The notes: a model not told the origin generated them from the letters alone. 64,000 bases of DNA from Tubiluchus corallicola (GCA_030141605.1 JAQGDQ010000989.1:8575-72574); one strand, 5' to 3'. Positions 36,548-51,130 are shown, counted from the stretch's first letter. Made by a program: numbers and translations.

Positions 36548-39500
36548 TATACTCAGCGGGCTGAGCACTGCGTATTACAACTCACTACAGCACGTACGGT
36601 AAAGCGGGCGAAAGAAAACTGCAGATAAGAATCAAAGTGGCGTTCATGTGGATGTGGATGCGTTTTTGGGGATGCGGAATAGATAAAATCGGTTTATACT
36701 GTTTTCAATGCACCCGTTTATGCAGTCTGAGTATGCGTTATACAGTCACTTATACTTCTTCGGCAGGCTGTTCCGCATGAAACGCATCCGCATCCTAATG
36801 CTACATAAAGCCACTAACAGTTATTGCGCTGAGACTTACGTCCACGATCAAGTGGAATGATAACGCTGTGGGCGAAAGTTTCTACTTGATTGATAGGAAT
36901 ACAGGGGGTTCCAATAACACTAAAAATCGTTGAGAAAAAAATTGATGAAGATATGTATCGAACAGACTTAAAACCAAAAAATTCTTGGTTCTCAGAGTTA
37001 TTATTTGCTAGTAGTATAGTGAATGTTACAGACACGATAGTAATCCATTTCTTATTTTTTATTACTAAATCACTATACTAGTACGAAACCAAACAGCGGC
37101 AAGTCGTAAGGGGATAATCCCTTTAACAAGTGGACGAAACTTACCTGTAATTGTGCGCAACACATTGCCAAACAAATTGTCTGATCTAGGGTTAACACCT
37201 TAACTTTATTAGGAACTGCAACCGCTCTGTGTTTTAGTTAATCACAGAATGAACCAGGAAATTTACTGATTATTAATTACAAGCCTAATAATTACTGTGC
37301 ACAGAGGTTCCGACGGGGCAAAGCAAAATTTTGACGATTTTGACAAACGCCATTACCGCGTTAGGAGCTTACTTCAGCTTCGGCGTGGTCAGCACATAAA
37401 CACGCATTACAAGATTTGAAAGAAGTTTAAGAACCCTCATAAAGATCCATGAACGCGTAAACTTATAAGTGTGTGTGTATGATTGTGGCCTGGCTCTTGT
37501 GGGTTGTACAAATCGAAAAAAAAAATCAAGAGTTGTTAAAAACACGCTGATGACAATTGGCAACGCAAACTGAAAGTAGCTTTGAAGCTTCCTGAATGCT
37601 GACGCTTTAACAGGCTTGTACTAGATGACCACTGGAAAATGTAACGCAAATCACCTCACACAACTTTTGTGTGAAGCAACCTGAGGAGTGTACAATCACA
37701 GTAAAGAATTAGTAAAAGATTTTTGATAGTTGTGATTAGCAGCACTACAGAAATATTATAAATGATGTTATGCTAAATTCTAATTTTATTGTAGTGTGAT
37801 ATGAATTTTTTGCGAGTGTGTTGTGTGATTGTAATATTGTTTGTTGTACTCAAAATAACGTTCGACTGTTTGTGATTTAGCTAAATGAACAGTACGTACA
37901 TCAGACTTGTATAAGACAGTCAAACTAATGCACAGACCATTTTTCAGAAGTTTTATTTAACTTACATATTTGTTTCTGTGGTCAATAATATGGCAAGCTG
38001 CTGTACTCTGTTGCCGACATTCCTACTTTCCTAAAGTAATCCAACGTTCTAAGTACTTTTACGCCCATTTAACATTCAGTAATGAAAAATAACTCGCAAG
38101 CAATTTCTTGTTTTCAGTTGAAAATTGGCGCTTCAACACCACATAAATTCCCTCATACTCACCCACGGCTAAAAATAAAATGTTCAAGGACAAACATTAA
38201 ATATACTGTACAGCGCGCCACCTGGTTTAGTTCAGGCAGCGGTTACCAGTCTCATTATAAGGAACTTCTATTACAATCAGATTTACGGTTCACAGAAAAT
38301 CACAGCCCGGAAAGCATGCTCATACTGTACAAAAAAAAATCAACAATGATTCACTGCTATACATACAGGAATATTTAATATCATCCAACAGGAAAGAGGT
38401 AGTAATTGAGAAATGTCGGTCTAAAGACCCACAGTGATTTGTGATTGATAGTATGATATGCATGAAGTGCTTTAGGTTGAGAAATGCTGCCGCCGGAACA
38501 GAATACAGCATCCAGAAGTACCCAGATCATGATAATATTTCTTTGAACTATGCAATTATCAAGCAACACACAGAGCTTTCTTTGGTAAACTATAAAAAAC
38601 GCGTCTAATAGAGCTATTTCTTATATGACATATTTATAGCATTATTAGCACATGTACCTTACTGTATCCGCTGGCCATAAACGCATAGACAATGTAAAAT
38701 TCCTATTATCTTATTTTGGAAAGTTAAATGTGATAGCAGAAAAATATTTGATCACAGTTTAGCACAATGTAACAGCAAGTAGTAAGCAAATTGTTATCAT
38801 TGTTGTAAATACATAATGGTTACACGTTGTAAATTGTAAAAACTTTAAACGTTGATATTGCATGTCGTGTATTTGTTGCAGTAAATCGGTCTTCATTTTT
38901 GAAATTATTGAGGAAGCACTGTTAAGCATTTTAGTCACACACACACAAATACATGTGTGACTGCGTGAATGTATTGTCATCATGCTGTTCTTCTTAAAAC
39001 GTATTACATACTACTTACTGAACTCCTAAAATTGACTAAGCCATATATATAGCTAATAAAAATTGTATGTATTTAAACATATGTGTATGCTTTGTTGTTT
39101 AGAATAACACAAGTCACATATCTTTAATAATACAGAAGATATTTTTCCTTACAGAAAACAGTAATACTGGGCCATCAATATTGATTAATAAATATTTTTA
39201 AATAGCTATCATCTCTAACTTAAAAATTAAATATGAATGATATTCAATAAAGAGACATGTGCTACATTGACTTCCAATATAACTTTAGGTTCTAGCTCAA
39301 GCCATGCAACTTTAATTAGGCTAGTTGCTACTTGGAACAGTTCTTGACTTCTGTTTAAAGATTGCAAAAATACAACCCTGACCATTTTGCAGAGTATCCA
39401 TAATCTTAATAACAAATGGCATAATTTTCACAACAATAAATATTATTAATTTTAGCAATAAAAAACCACTTAAACATAATAATAATAATAATATAAACAG

Positions 39501-39779
39501 GCTAAAATTAACTAAAATTTTGAAGCAAAAACTGGGCATCTTAAAATTCGACTAGAATTTGCCAACCACCAGTCTGCAAAACAAAATGAAAGACAATTTA
39601 AACTCACCAGTTTGAGTATTCACCAATGAAAATAATGTCGTTATTATCAGTGACCACAACATCCATACAAACATCAAATTCTTTATGCCAGAAACATGAT
39701 AATTAGAAGTCCTACTAAAGCCCATGTTATGTTTTAAGTTGGTCCTATCATAAGTCTGAACTCAGCACACACAATGTTT

Positions 39780-42700
39780 GGCGCTATTACACTTTCGCAC
39801 CTCTTATTTTTTTCTGGCCTATTGTTTGTTTTCATGCCTGCAGGCCAGAAAGAAGACCAACAGACGTAATATACACCATATTCTCATAATATTATTGGTT
39901 TTTAGGCCTTAAAATTCCAGATTAAAGTCATACATTACTTACTGTCACCAACACGCAAGAATTCTTCAATGAATCACACGTCCAGGGACATGATTTTGCT
40001 CACCTCTCTATGCCAGGACTCCCTACACGCTGCAACACCCCAAGTGGATTTATTTCTAAGGATCAATGCTGAAGTGTTTAAATCTTTCTGTGCAAAATCT
40101 AGGTATGCTAACATTTGTCCTCCTGCAGGTTTTTTAGCTGGTTCTATGGCTTGTTGAAGAGCTATCTTCACTGGAACATCATCAGGTAATCTAAGCATAT
40201 GCCCAATCCATCTTAAATGGCGTCTTTTTATTTTTCTTGTCCAATGTTTTTCTTTTATTTTTTCATATAGATCTTTGTTTGAAATTTTCTTTGGCCATCT
40301 AATACCCAAAAAGTTTCTGTAATTTTGCCTTTGAAACGCATCGATTTCAGCTTTATGATTTGCTTTTAATGTCCAGAGATCCATTCTGTTCAGTTTCTCC
40401 TCTATTGAGTTTCTTATTTCATCTACTTTTTCTTTGTTTCTTGTAATCCATGCCACATCATCAGCATACTGCATTCATATCATAGTTGACTTACTTTGTA
40501 GAGAGCTGTAACTGTGTTCTTGTCTTACTTCATTCGGTATTAATTTAGGATCAAGAATTGTGTAGTTGTGATCTTCTAGTTCTTTCAATGGTATAATTTT
40601 GTCCTCAGTGAGAGCTATGGCAAGATATAATGTAAAAAGTACAGGGCTTAGACAGTCACCCTGAGGTACTCCTTTGTTTGTAGGAAGTGGCTGACTCAAT
40701 TTCCCTTCACACATGACTTGAATTAATAGATTTTCTAACATTAAACTTATGATGTATATTTCATCAGGTTCAAGGATTTCTTCCAGACAGCAAAGCAGAG
40801 TTTTTTCCGAACACAATCAAAGACATATCGATTATGAGGATATATATTGAGCAATCAGCAGAAGAGATGGCTTTTTCAGTTAGTAAGTTACAGGCTTGTA
40901 CTAATTCAGTAGTATTCCGTCCTGATTGATATGCTGCTTGGCTTGTTGGAATGTAAGTGTGTAACCTGTCATAGATCCTAATCAACATACAGATAGCCAA
41001 AATCTTCGTTATTAGTGTAAGCAACATCAATGGTCTAAGATTTTCTATAGGACCTCGTTTCTTACCTGGCTTGGGTAAAGGGATAAGTATTCCTTTTTGA
41101 ATATCCTGTGGAAATGTGCCTGTTTTGGAAATATTGTTTAGAATTTCAGCAATTTCTGCATATAAATTTTCTGAACCATACTTGACTAACTCAGCATTTA
41201 ATTAATCAGCGCCCGGTCTTTTGTTGTTTTTCAATGATTTTGCCGCATGCTTTACTTCATCTTTAGTAAATGGAACTTTCATTGGATAGTGAGTCCTTTT
41301 AACCCCAGGTGCATTTTCATCGTTAAAAATTCGTTGAAAAAATCTGCTATGGCTTCAGTTTGCTGTTCAGCATCAGTAATTAGACCATCATTTCCTTCTA
41401 CAATTAATTTTTTCTTTGGTTGAAAGGTCTGCAAAATCCGTATTACTTTAAAATGCGTAGAGTAATCATTTTTTGTTTGCTCAATTTCTTCTGCGATACC
41501 AGTCACCTTTTTCTCTTCTATTTGTTTTAGCTTTTCATGAATTTGCTTTAGAATTTCCTTGCGTTTCTTCTTAAGATCATCAATTTCTGCTAAATTTTTA
41601 CATTGATGAATTTCATCTTTCAAAACTTTCTGATTTGCAGACAAAGCTTCTATCTTATCATCTTTAACTTTTTTATCGTTAAATCTCACATGTCCAAGTA
41701 TTTCTGCTGCCGAATTTTTTATGTGAACTTTGAGTTTTTCCCATTGCAAATTTGTGTTTTCAGATGTCTCACCAGGTGGAGATTTAGTAATGTTCTGCTC
41801 TAACTTTAAATTGTATTTTTCTCTATAATCTCTATACTTTAGCTTGGCAACATCTAAGTATTTTGTTCTTTGCTTTTTCTGTAGTATCTTTACCCCTTTG
41901 ACTGAAATCTTTGTCATAACCAGAGTGATCGGTATCTATGTTTAAGCCAGCGCATGACCTGGAATTTCTTATTAGCGGCATATGCATTTTCCTTACCATA
42001 ACAAAATCTATTTGATTCCTTATAGGATTTCTCCTGGGTTCCCCATTCCATGACTTCTTATTTTTCTGTGTTGATTGCCAGGTAGTTACGTGCGCGTATT
42101 TATGTTGGAATACATTGTTAGTGACGACCAGATTTTTGGTTACAACAGTTTCAGCTAATCGTAATCCATTTGAATTTGAAATTCCTTTTCCATATTTACC
42201 TATATGCTCTGGTAATGAATTATGCAGTGTTCCAATCTTGGCATTGAAATCTCCACAAACGACTAGCAAATGACTTTTTGGTACTGTACTAATAAAGTTA
42301 TACAAATCATCATAAAAAGCATCTCTTAACTTGGGATCCTTTTCACTTTTCACTAGCGTGGGAGCATAGCCATTTACGATTGTAATTTGCTTGTTTTTTA
42401 TGTGAGTTTTCAGTGCAATAATTCTTGAATTTACAACAGTATACATGCAATTAAAATCCACCGAATGAACAAAACCCACTCCAGCATGAGCGCTTGTGTC
42501 ATCTCCATGCAAAAATATTTTATACTTGTTATCCAAGGAATAATTCTCTGTTGTTTTCACATGAGTTTCTTGTAATGCCAAAAACGCCAATCCATATTTG
42601 TCTAGATCTTTTAAAAGATTTGTTTCCTTCAATTTTGTTCTGAAGCCTTGAACATTAAGTGTTCCAATTCTTATTATATCAGCATTATGATGACCCATGT

Positions 42701-43412
42701 GTTGTTCGAGCTTCTATTCTACCGCTATAACTAAGCATACAACTACAAAAAGAATCCATGCTGATGCTACCGCAACTACCACTACTACCCGCTTGAATCA
42801 TTGCAGAGAGCAGGATGCCCAGCCATATAAGCAGGTGAGCATTTAAGACAAAATACTTTAATTTAGTGGCTTGTCAGCACCACTTCCGTTTAACACGCAA
42901 GAAGCTCCACGTGAATAACTGTTTTACACCACTAATGCACAATCGCTCTCGCGCAGTGCCATTTACGGCCCTTAACCTGTATTTTTAATTTCTTTACATA
43001 ATTTATGATTATTATGGTTGCAGCCAAGGGAGTTTGTATCGTATTACAGTGTTCCCTCGCTACTTCAAAAATATTAATGTAAAATATTTACCGCAGTATC
43101 TTCGCTGTTTCGCGGGCTTTTGCGGTACTCCAGCCAAAGTACTTTTGCACATGCGTAGTACGTATGGTACAGTAATGTATAGGTTTGATGAATTTCGTCA
43201 CGTGACTACACACAAACATTATGGCGATACGAACTGTATAGTGTACAACTGTGAATACAACGTAATTATTGGTAATTATACACTAAATATATGAGTAAAT
43301 TACCACGAGATTAGCGGAAATATTCACTTGTGACGTGAGAATAATGGCCAACGAGCCTAGAAACGAGTAATAACCTAGAAAAAAGTAGGAGGTGCGAAAG
43401 TGTAATAGCGCC
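39780..43412. mobile_element. TIR element with GG..CC termini and an 8-bp TSD (Merlin-like), enclosing an RTE LINE
   Basis: TIR GGCGCTATTACACTTTCGCACCTC at both ends (24 bp perfect, ~65 bp imperfect). Direct repeat CAATGTTT at 39772-39779 and 43413-43420. Confidence 0.8.
39974..42698 (-). mobile_element. Decayed RTE-clade LINE (AP endonuclease + reverse transcriptase), frameshifted
   Basis: APE motifs GTLNV, LQETH, GYAPT, GDFNAK, NQIDF, TDH. RT motifs QAAYQSGRNT, GVPQGDCLSPVLF, QYADD. C-terminal RWIGHMLR. Split into at least 5 ORFs. Confidence 0.92.
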
Positions 43413-44631
43413 CAATGTTTATCTGAATTTCATTCATTTTTATCCACATCCGAACACTCCATCCTTCTGTAATTAAACTGCTCTACATCTTAGCAATTCA
43501 ATTCCAATATGTCTGCGACTCCGCAGGCCAGGAGCAAAGCTGCGCCAAAGCAACGCTGAATGTCAACTAGTAATGAAACCTACCGACAGATGACGCAAGC
43601 GTACAATGTGCCCGACCTAGACGGCAGAGGTTTTTATTACTGCTCAGATGCAACGTTGCAATTTAAGCTGCAATAACTTTCCTACAGTTACAATTACACA
43701 CTCAAGTGTGGCTACCTTTTTGCTTTCCAGCACGTCACTATGTATTTTTAATGTTTTTAAATGTGTATTTACACCTCAATAAATTCATTTCAAATCAGAG
43801 ACAGTATGGGAACTGCAACCTGGGTATTGTAGTAATTTCTAACTACTATCAAAACGTTAAGCATTGTGCAATTCGCAGCAAAGCGCATCTGATTTTACTT
43901 CCACATATATTTTCTGAAAATATCTGTTTGCACCAATTTGACTTTTTAGAAAGGAAAAGAAATTTTGTTGCAGTTAATACTTAATAAAACAAACTGTTTT
44001 GAAGTTTTTTCCTTTTTTGACCTTCAAAAGATTAATATGGTATGATTACAAACTGATACAAAAATATAAATGCAAATACAGATTTAGAAATTTAAAATTT
44101 TATTAATAATAGTACAGTACGAAATGTAAACGATACCAGCACAAGCAATATTTAAATTTACAAAATCAAAAAAGGAAAAAACTGGAATAATCATCAGTTC
44201 ACATAGTAATTAAATGATATTGCAAAATTAACAATTCATTCCAGAAATTGCTTATAAATATATTAAATATATGATATGTTTTTTTGAACTCTTATATAAA
44301 ATATTTACACACTAATCTGTGGTTTATGTAGAACAACAAGAAAGGAACAAGTCAGACTCTTGCAAATGACAATATGATTTGCTTATTACAAAGCAAATAA
44401 AAAACTCTTTACACCACGACAATGTAACAAATTCACCTTAAGAGGTTTGCGATATGCAACTTCTGGAATACCATCATAATGAAAAAAATAGTATCACCAT
44501 TTCACAACTGACGATATTTTGTGAAACAAATGCTGCACTGCAAGGTACAACTCTATTGAAAATACCTGGAAAGTTGAAGGAGCTATAATGAGCTATTTAC
44601 AATAAACAAAGTTTTCATAAACCTTCCAAGA

Positions 44632-44882
44632 CTAATTACCAGTAACAGATGCAGTTCCCTTGAGCAGCACACAAAGGTTTTGACCACCATCCACATTCAG
44701 CACTTGTACAAAATGACCAGGCTCATTTGGTCTGAAGTAAACGGGCAATGATATGACGTGCTTTGGGCGAATGGCCACATTGCTATTCTTCGTAAATAAA
44801 TAAAATGGAGCTCCGGGTACAGTGATTACACTACGTAAGCTCATTTCCGAACCAGAACTGAGAGAAAGAGGGAGGGAGGGGG

Positions 44883-44965
<83 letters not shown>

Positions 44966-45797
44966 GGGGCTCCGAAATGACAGATGCAGTTTTGCAATTA
45001 AAAATACGTTAATAACTGCTTTAACATTTGTTAGTCTGGCTCTAGATGTAGCTCAGCTAGTCTTAGATTTTTGTGCTTAGATTTTGGTGTGCACTTTAAT
45101 GATGTGTCCCAGAGAAATGTATTGTTTACCAAGCAGTGAGTCAAATAAAAAACATATATATTATTTTTTATATCATAAAAAAAACGCTAATTATTTTTAG
45201 AAGTAGCAACTACACTGTTTCAGAAAGTAAAAGTTCACTGTCGAAACACAGGAATTTATTTTTACACAACGGTTTTCTTTTTGTTCTAACAATTACACAA
45301 ACAAATTTTCCTCATATTAGGCTACTGCATCACATTAAAATGAGAAATGAAAGAATCTTATGAATTACACCAGCAAGAAATTCTATTGAAGTTTCTTTTC
45401 ATCTAAGCAATTACTACGAAGCAAAAAGCACATTCCGATCGCACAAATTGTGGTTCGTAGCTTTTGCTTCATAGCAGCAGAGCACTTTAAATATGGTTTT
45501 GTGATGGCAATTGTCAAAAAGATTACCAAAGTTACTTTATCTTTTTGCTTTATCATTTCAAATAAAGCTTAGAAGTCGTTTTATAAGTTGGTGAATTTTG
45601 ATGCTTCTAAACAACTGAATAAAAAACGGAAAACGAGAAAATTGCGTAAAAGCACAAAAACACAAACCTCTACTCTTGTTAAGACGGATTCTGCCTGAAC
45701 GAGAACAGTAGACGAAGCAGGAAGCAATGCGGTACTAGACAGCAACGATCTACTGTCCACAGAAAGTTCTCCAACGTTTGACGATGATGGTTGGTAG
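44632..45797 (-). CDS. CEP192/Spd-2-like C-terminal exons (fragment)
   Basis: Last exon 44857-44632 (PGAPFYLF..IRPKHVISLPVYFRPNEPGHF..VLLKGTA, stop) resembles the terminal ASH domain of CEP192. A possible upstream exon at 45797-45668 has AG/GT, but the phases do not join directly. Confidence 0.55.
44888..44963. repeat. (GA)n microsatellite
   Basis: Direct reading. On the - strand it is a (CT)n tract just upstream of the 44857 acceptor. Confidence 0.95.
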
Positions 45798-46846
45798 CTG
45801 TAATGAGCCAAGTTTACCGTTTTTATCAACATTGGCAAGAGATAATGACTTATATGTTTGGATACTGGCTATTGCGGGTGAGAATCGAACGTAAAATTAC
45901 AGATTCGAATAATTCGGCACATCAACCACGTACATTCTTTATCATGCTATCGTGTTCCACGGACAAAAGTCCTATATCAAACGTAAAAGACCAGTATAGA
46001 AATGCAATGCCTTCAAACTAATTTCTAGGCATGTTTTGTACCTGATGCGTTTGCCCCAGAACAGTGAGTGCTTTGTTTGTCTTTAATACTTACGATTATA
46101 ATTGCACGTCGTTGTATAATGGTTAATGTTTTATTTACTTATGATGTTTATAATCCAGAAAACTATGTTCTATGAAGAAAACCATGTAACACTGAAAGTG
46201 CCTAGTTTAATCTAATAAACAAGATTATTAAACTGAAGGAGGAACTTTTTAATGCCAAAAATTGTGGTAGAGGCCAGCACGAAGTTGCCAACTGCCATAA
46301 CGCCCAGTCAGGACTGGCTCTCTCGCTAAGCAGGCACCTAGGGCGCCAAATTCTGGAAATGAGTCCTTAATTTTAGTATAAGTAATAACACAGTTACTGA
46401 TGCGTTTTCGAGTTCTTGTCCACAGGCTATATTTCATGCATATCGTTTACCTAATAATAAAGTAAAAAAGCTGGCGGACATTGAACAGCAGCAAAAATTT
46501 AACTGAAGTATTTGCAACCAGACCAAAGTTACATGATGTGTGTGTGATGATACTAGTGAAAGGGATGCCTGTGTTTAGAGGAGTTAGACACAAAAGTCGG
46601 TGTTCTGATGAAAAAGCTAAAGGAAAGCCTAGTCGAGAGCATGTACAATAAACGAAGACTGCGTGGGAGAAAATGTAGAAATGTTACTTGCCATTGAAGA
46701 CACAGGACGTACATGCAGTGAGGCTAATTTCAAATGTAATTGCAGAAAGGTAATTACCTTCAGTTAGTTAGTACACTATAAGATATGTATACGCCTAAAA
46801 TACAAATACCAATATACTTGTGCCTTAGTAACATTTACTAAGCAAT

Positions 46847-46896
46847 GCAAAATCAGAATTTTCTTTCGGAAATATCTTGTGGCCCTGAAGAGGGCC
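46847..46896 (-). promoter_or_regulatory. H4 3' stem-loop and histone downstream element
   Basis: GGCCCT-CTTC-AGGGCC (46896-46881), then CCGAAAGAAAATTCTGATTTTGC. Confidence 0.9.
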
Positions 46897-46923
46897 GGTT
46901 GGTTGTTATTTGAAATAAGGTTT

Positions 46924-47253
<330 letters not shown>

Positions 47254-47299
47254 TTATCAAAAAACTCAGAACAGTCGGAATCAACCACAACTCAAGCTC

Positions 47300-48211
<912 letters not shown>

Positions 48212-48231
48212 ACTGATCTTTACAACACACC

Positions 48232-48281
48232 GGCCCTTTTCAGGGCCACCACATTTACCTAAAAGAAAATTCTGATTTTGC
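48232..48281 (+). promoter_or_regulatory. H3 3' stem-loop and downstream element
   Basis: GGCCCTTTTCAGGGCC, then AAAGAAAATTCTGATTTTGC. Confidence 0.92.
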
Positions 48282-48609
48282 TCTTAAAAATATAATTAGT
48301 TGCATATTATACATACATATAGTTTCATTTTATTCGTCGTTACTGCACAGTAGTTTAGATTTATTTTAATGGCAAATAAAGATTATTATAAGTTACATAC
48401 GATAACCGTGAGATTTCTACGTAAAATATCCACGGCCATTACATGAAATTTGATCCACAGTTAGTTTGTATTCTTCGTGTGATCGGACAAGCTTAAAAAT
48501 CATCAATACATCACATTATTTCGCATACACGATAAAACTGAATAACAACTTTGTTGAGCAAAGAAAGAAACCAAACTAATGCCTCTACCTATTGGTTGGC
48601 ATCCTTCTG

Positions 48610-48795
48610 TCTCGGAAGACAATGGAGTATGCGCCAAGCGAGTCAGTTATTTCACATTGATGGAGCTGCAACGTCGACGGAAGACAATGGAGTGTGTGCC
48701 CAAAGAGTCAGTGATGGAGCTGCAGCGTGGACGGAAGACATACGAGTGTGAACCAAGAGAGTCAGTTATTGATCACAGTGAGCTGCAGCGTCGAC
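48610..48795. repeat. Imperfect ~50-65-bp tandem repeats (3 units) downstream of the 5S-like sequence
   Basis: CGGAAGACA..GAGT.TG..CCAAG.GAGTCAGT..GAGCTGCA.CGT.GAC recurs three times. Confidence 0.7.
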
Positions 48796-48949
48796 TGTGG
48801 CTGAGCAGTGCGAACGTCTCCAGGGCGCACGCCTGGGCAAGGTGTATGGATATCCTGAGTTGCCCAGTCAACAGGAACCCCCCTCTCTTCCTCCCTGGTG
48901 TAGTCGAAAGCGGAGCGATACCTTTGCCACCAGGAGTCAGTGAGCATGC

Positions 48950-49068
48950 TGCACTGGGCCGCCTTCGGTACTCCATACCTGATTTGGTATGTACTGACCA
49001 GGATCTACGTTGCTGAACTTCGGTGATCAGACGAGAACCGGTGTTTCCAACGTGACTTGGCCGTAGTC
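48950..49068 (-). rRNA. Divergent 5S rRNA-derived sequence (pseudogene, SINE3 head or variant)
   Basis: Minus strand GACTACGGCCAAGTCACGTTGGAAACACCGGTTCTCGTCTGATCACCGAAGTTCAGCAACGTAGATCCTGGTCAGTAC matches invertebrate 5S nt 1-78, including box A. The box C/helix IV region is replaced and the 3' end does not close helix I. Confidence 0.8.
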
Positions 49069-50420
49069 TCTCTACCATTACGCTACTATCAAAACATCGA
49101 ATGGCAGGCAGCATGTCATATACCCGGAGCACCAGGGCCGGATCAGTACCCCCCTGGGCACTGTCAGCTCAGAGGGACCCCTTCCCCAAAATCCACACCC
49201 TTAAGGAGGCCACATTTCCACCCAAGCAACTCGAGTGACCACTAGACACGCTGACTGCACACACATACAGTGTGCTACAGCCAACATCATGAGCATGTAC
49301 ATTACACACCTATTAGTCTAAAGCTGAATGACTGGTCCAGCTGAGGATGGAGCAAATCTCTGACCAGTTCATTAAACCAAATATTACCATCTCACTCTCA
49401 AATACAAGTGACAATGATAAAATGAATGAATAAATCCAAAATCACAAACCATCCCACACCAAAGCTCAATCACAGAGTTATAACAACACACCTTGCACTG
49501 TCACAGACAATAACAAATGACCCAGATCACCCACACTGCTGCCATCAGGATGCACACACAGGACTCTGCTTGATTCAACAAGAGATGTGTCCCCACTACA
49601 ATCACTCCGACTGGAACCTGTTATACAGAACCCCTACAGTGTGTGTGTGATATTTATGTTTTCGGTAGTTTGCATGGTGTATAACCTGATTGTGTGATCT
49701 ATTATTAATTTCCCTGCTCTCCTCGAACATGCAATATATCTGATCACGGATCGGTTACAACACATATACTGCCTTATTCGTTCGCTGAACAACTGGTCTT
49801 GGATCGGTAATGTTTTATCGGTCCCGCCCCGATTTATTTTTAGCCAATTAACAGTGTATTGTGATCTGCTGCCAATCATTGTAGGCAGCCAAACTGTGAA
49901 ATAATCAAAATGACTTATACGACAGACAATCATGAGACCTCATTTATTGTAAACAACTTTTATTTTACTCTGATTGGAGTAGGTGAAGTTGGGCAGGAGT
50001 ACCGAGTGCTGTAGAAGTGCCAGCCGCCGTGGCTCGCGTTTAAATTGAGGAAAAAATATATATACCCAATCGCAAAGGGCCCCTGGGCAAATGTCCATAT
50101 GGTAGATCCGGCCTTGCCGAGCACACTGTATAAGTTAACAATAAAAACCGTTTCCACGGGATAATGGACGATCATTCTGTATACAAGCAGTACTAAGAGC
50201 CGATTGCGGAACATTTTCGAGGCAAATGCTGGTTATTTTCAGGACAAATTCTGTTTCAAAATTTAAGATTTTAATATGCAAAAAGTGTTTTATAACTTAA
50301 ATTCTAATGTCTTACTATAGAATAGAAAATATTTATAAAATATATAAAAAAATACGTTTGCGTGCGTATAAACGAAGTGCCACGCACGTATCTATATTGT
50401 TTATCGTACTGACAGTGTTA

Positions 50421-50470
50421 GCAAAACCAGAATTTTCTTTCGGATAGACGTGGTGGCCCTGAAAAGGGCC
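50421..50470 (-). promoter_or_regulatory. H2B 3' stem-loop and downstream element
   Basis: GGCCCTTTTCAGGGCC (50470-50455), then CCGAAAGAAAATTCTGGTTTTGC. Confidence 0.92.
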
Positions 50471-50503
50471 GGTTGGTTTTATAGGTAGAATATTTCTAGC
50501 AGT

Positions 50504-50872
50504 TTACTTGGAGCTGGTGTACTTGGTCACAGCCTTGGTTCCTTCACTCACAGCGTGCTTAGCCAACTCTCCTGGAAGGAGAAGACGGACAGCAGTCTGG
50601 ATCTCTCTGCTTGTGATGGTGGAACGTTTGTTGTAGTGAGCAAGACGAGAAGCTTCTCCAGATATTCTCTCGAACAAATCATTGACGAAACTGTTCATGA
50701 TGCTCATAGCTTTGCTAGAGATTCCAGTATCTGGGTGAACTTGCTTCAACACCTTGTAGATGTAAATGCTGTAGCTTTCCTTTCTCTTTCGCCTCTTCTT
50801 CTTCTCAGACGTTGGTCTCTTCTGGGCCTTGCCCGCCTTCTTAGCAGCTTTTCCACTTGGTTTAGGAGGCAT
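50504..50872 (-). CDS. H2B: Histone H2B
   Basis: [27 protein letters not shown]...[10 protein letters not shown]; intronless; stem-loop. Confidence 0.99.
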   Translation of the reverse strand: MPPKPSGKAAKKAGKAQKRPTSEKKKRRKRKESYSIYIYKVLKQVHPDTGISSKAMSIMNSFVNDLFERISGEASRLAHYNKRSTITSREIQTAVRLLLPGELAKHAVSEGTKAVTKYTSSK

Positions 50873-50929
50873 CTTATCTTGAATCTAAAAACAGCGCGCT
50901 AATAACTCCGTATAATCAAACGAATGAAT

Positions 50930-51130
50930 GATTTACCGAGCTACTGCTGCGCTTATATAGGGTGAAGCGGATTGAGTGCGCAAGCTTACCACGCTTGAGC
51001 AAACACAACCGCTATATTCGTCACAGGGTGGTCACAACGAACTTGTCGGTTATTGGTTGTTCGCTGCTACGTGGGTAAAGCCGGCTGCGTCTTTCAATCC
51101 AGGGAAGGATATATAAGCTGCTCTTCGTGA
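50930..51130. promoter_or_regulatory. Divergent H2B/H2A promoter
   Basis: TATATAAG on both strands (~50953 minus, ~51110 plus); ATTGG (CCAAT on minus) at ~51052. Confidence 0.7.

Noticed and set aside
45420-45520. Possible intermediate CEP192-like exon on the minus strand
   Set aside because: Lacks canonical AG/GT boundaries and convincing similarity.
48551-49245. ORFs of 60-145 aa in the H3-H2B spacer
   Set aside because: No recognisable domain; explained by GC-rich repeats and the 5S-like sequence.
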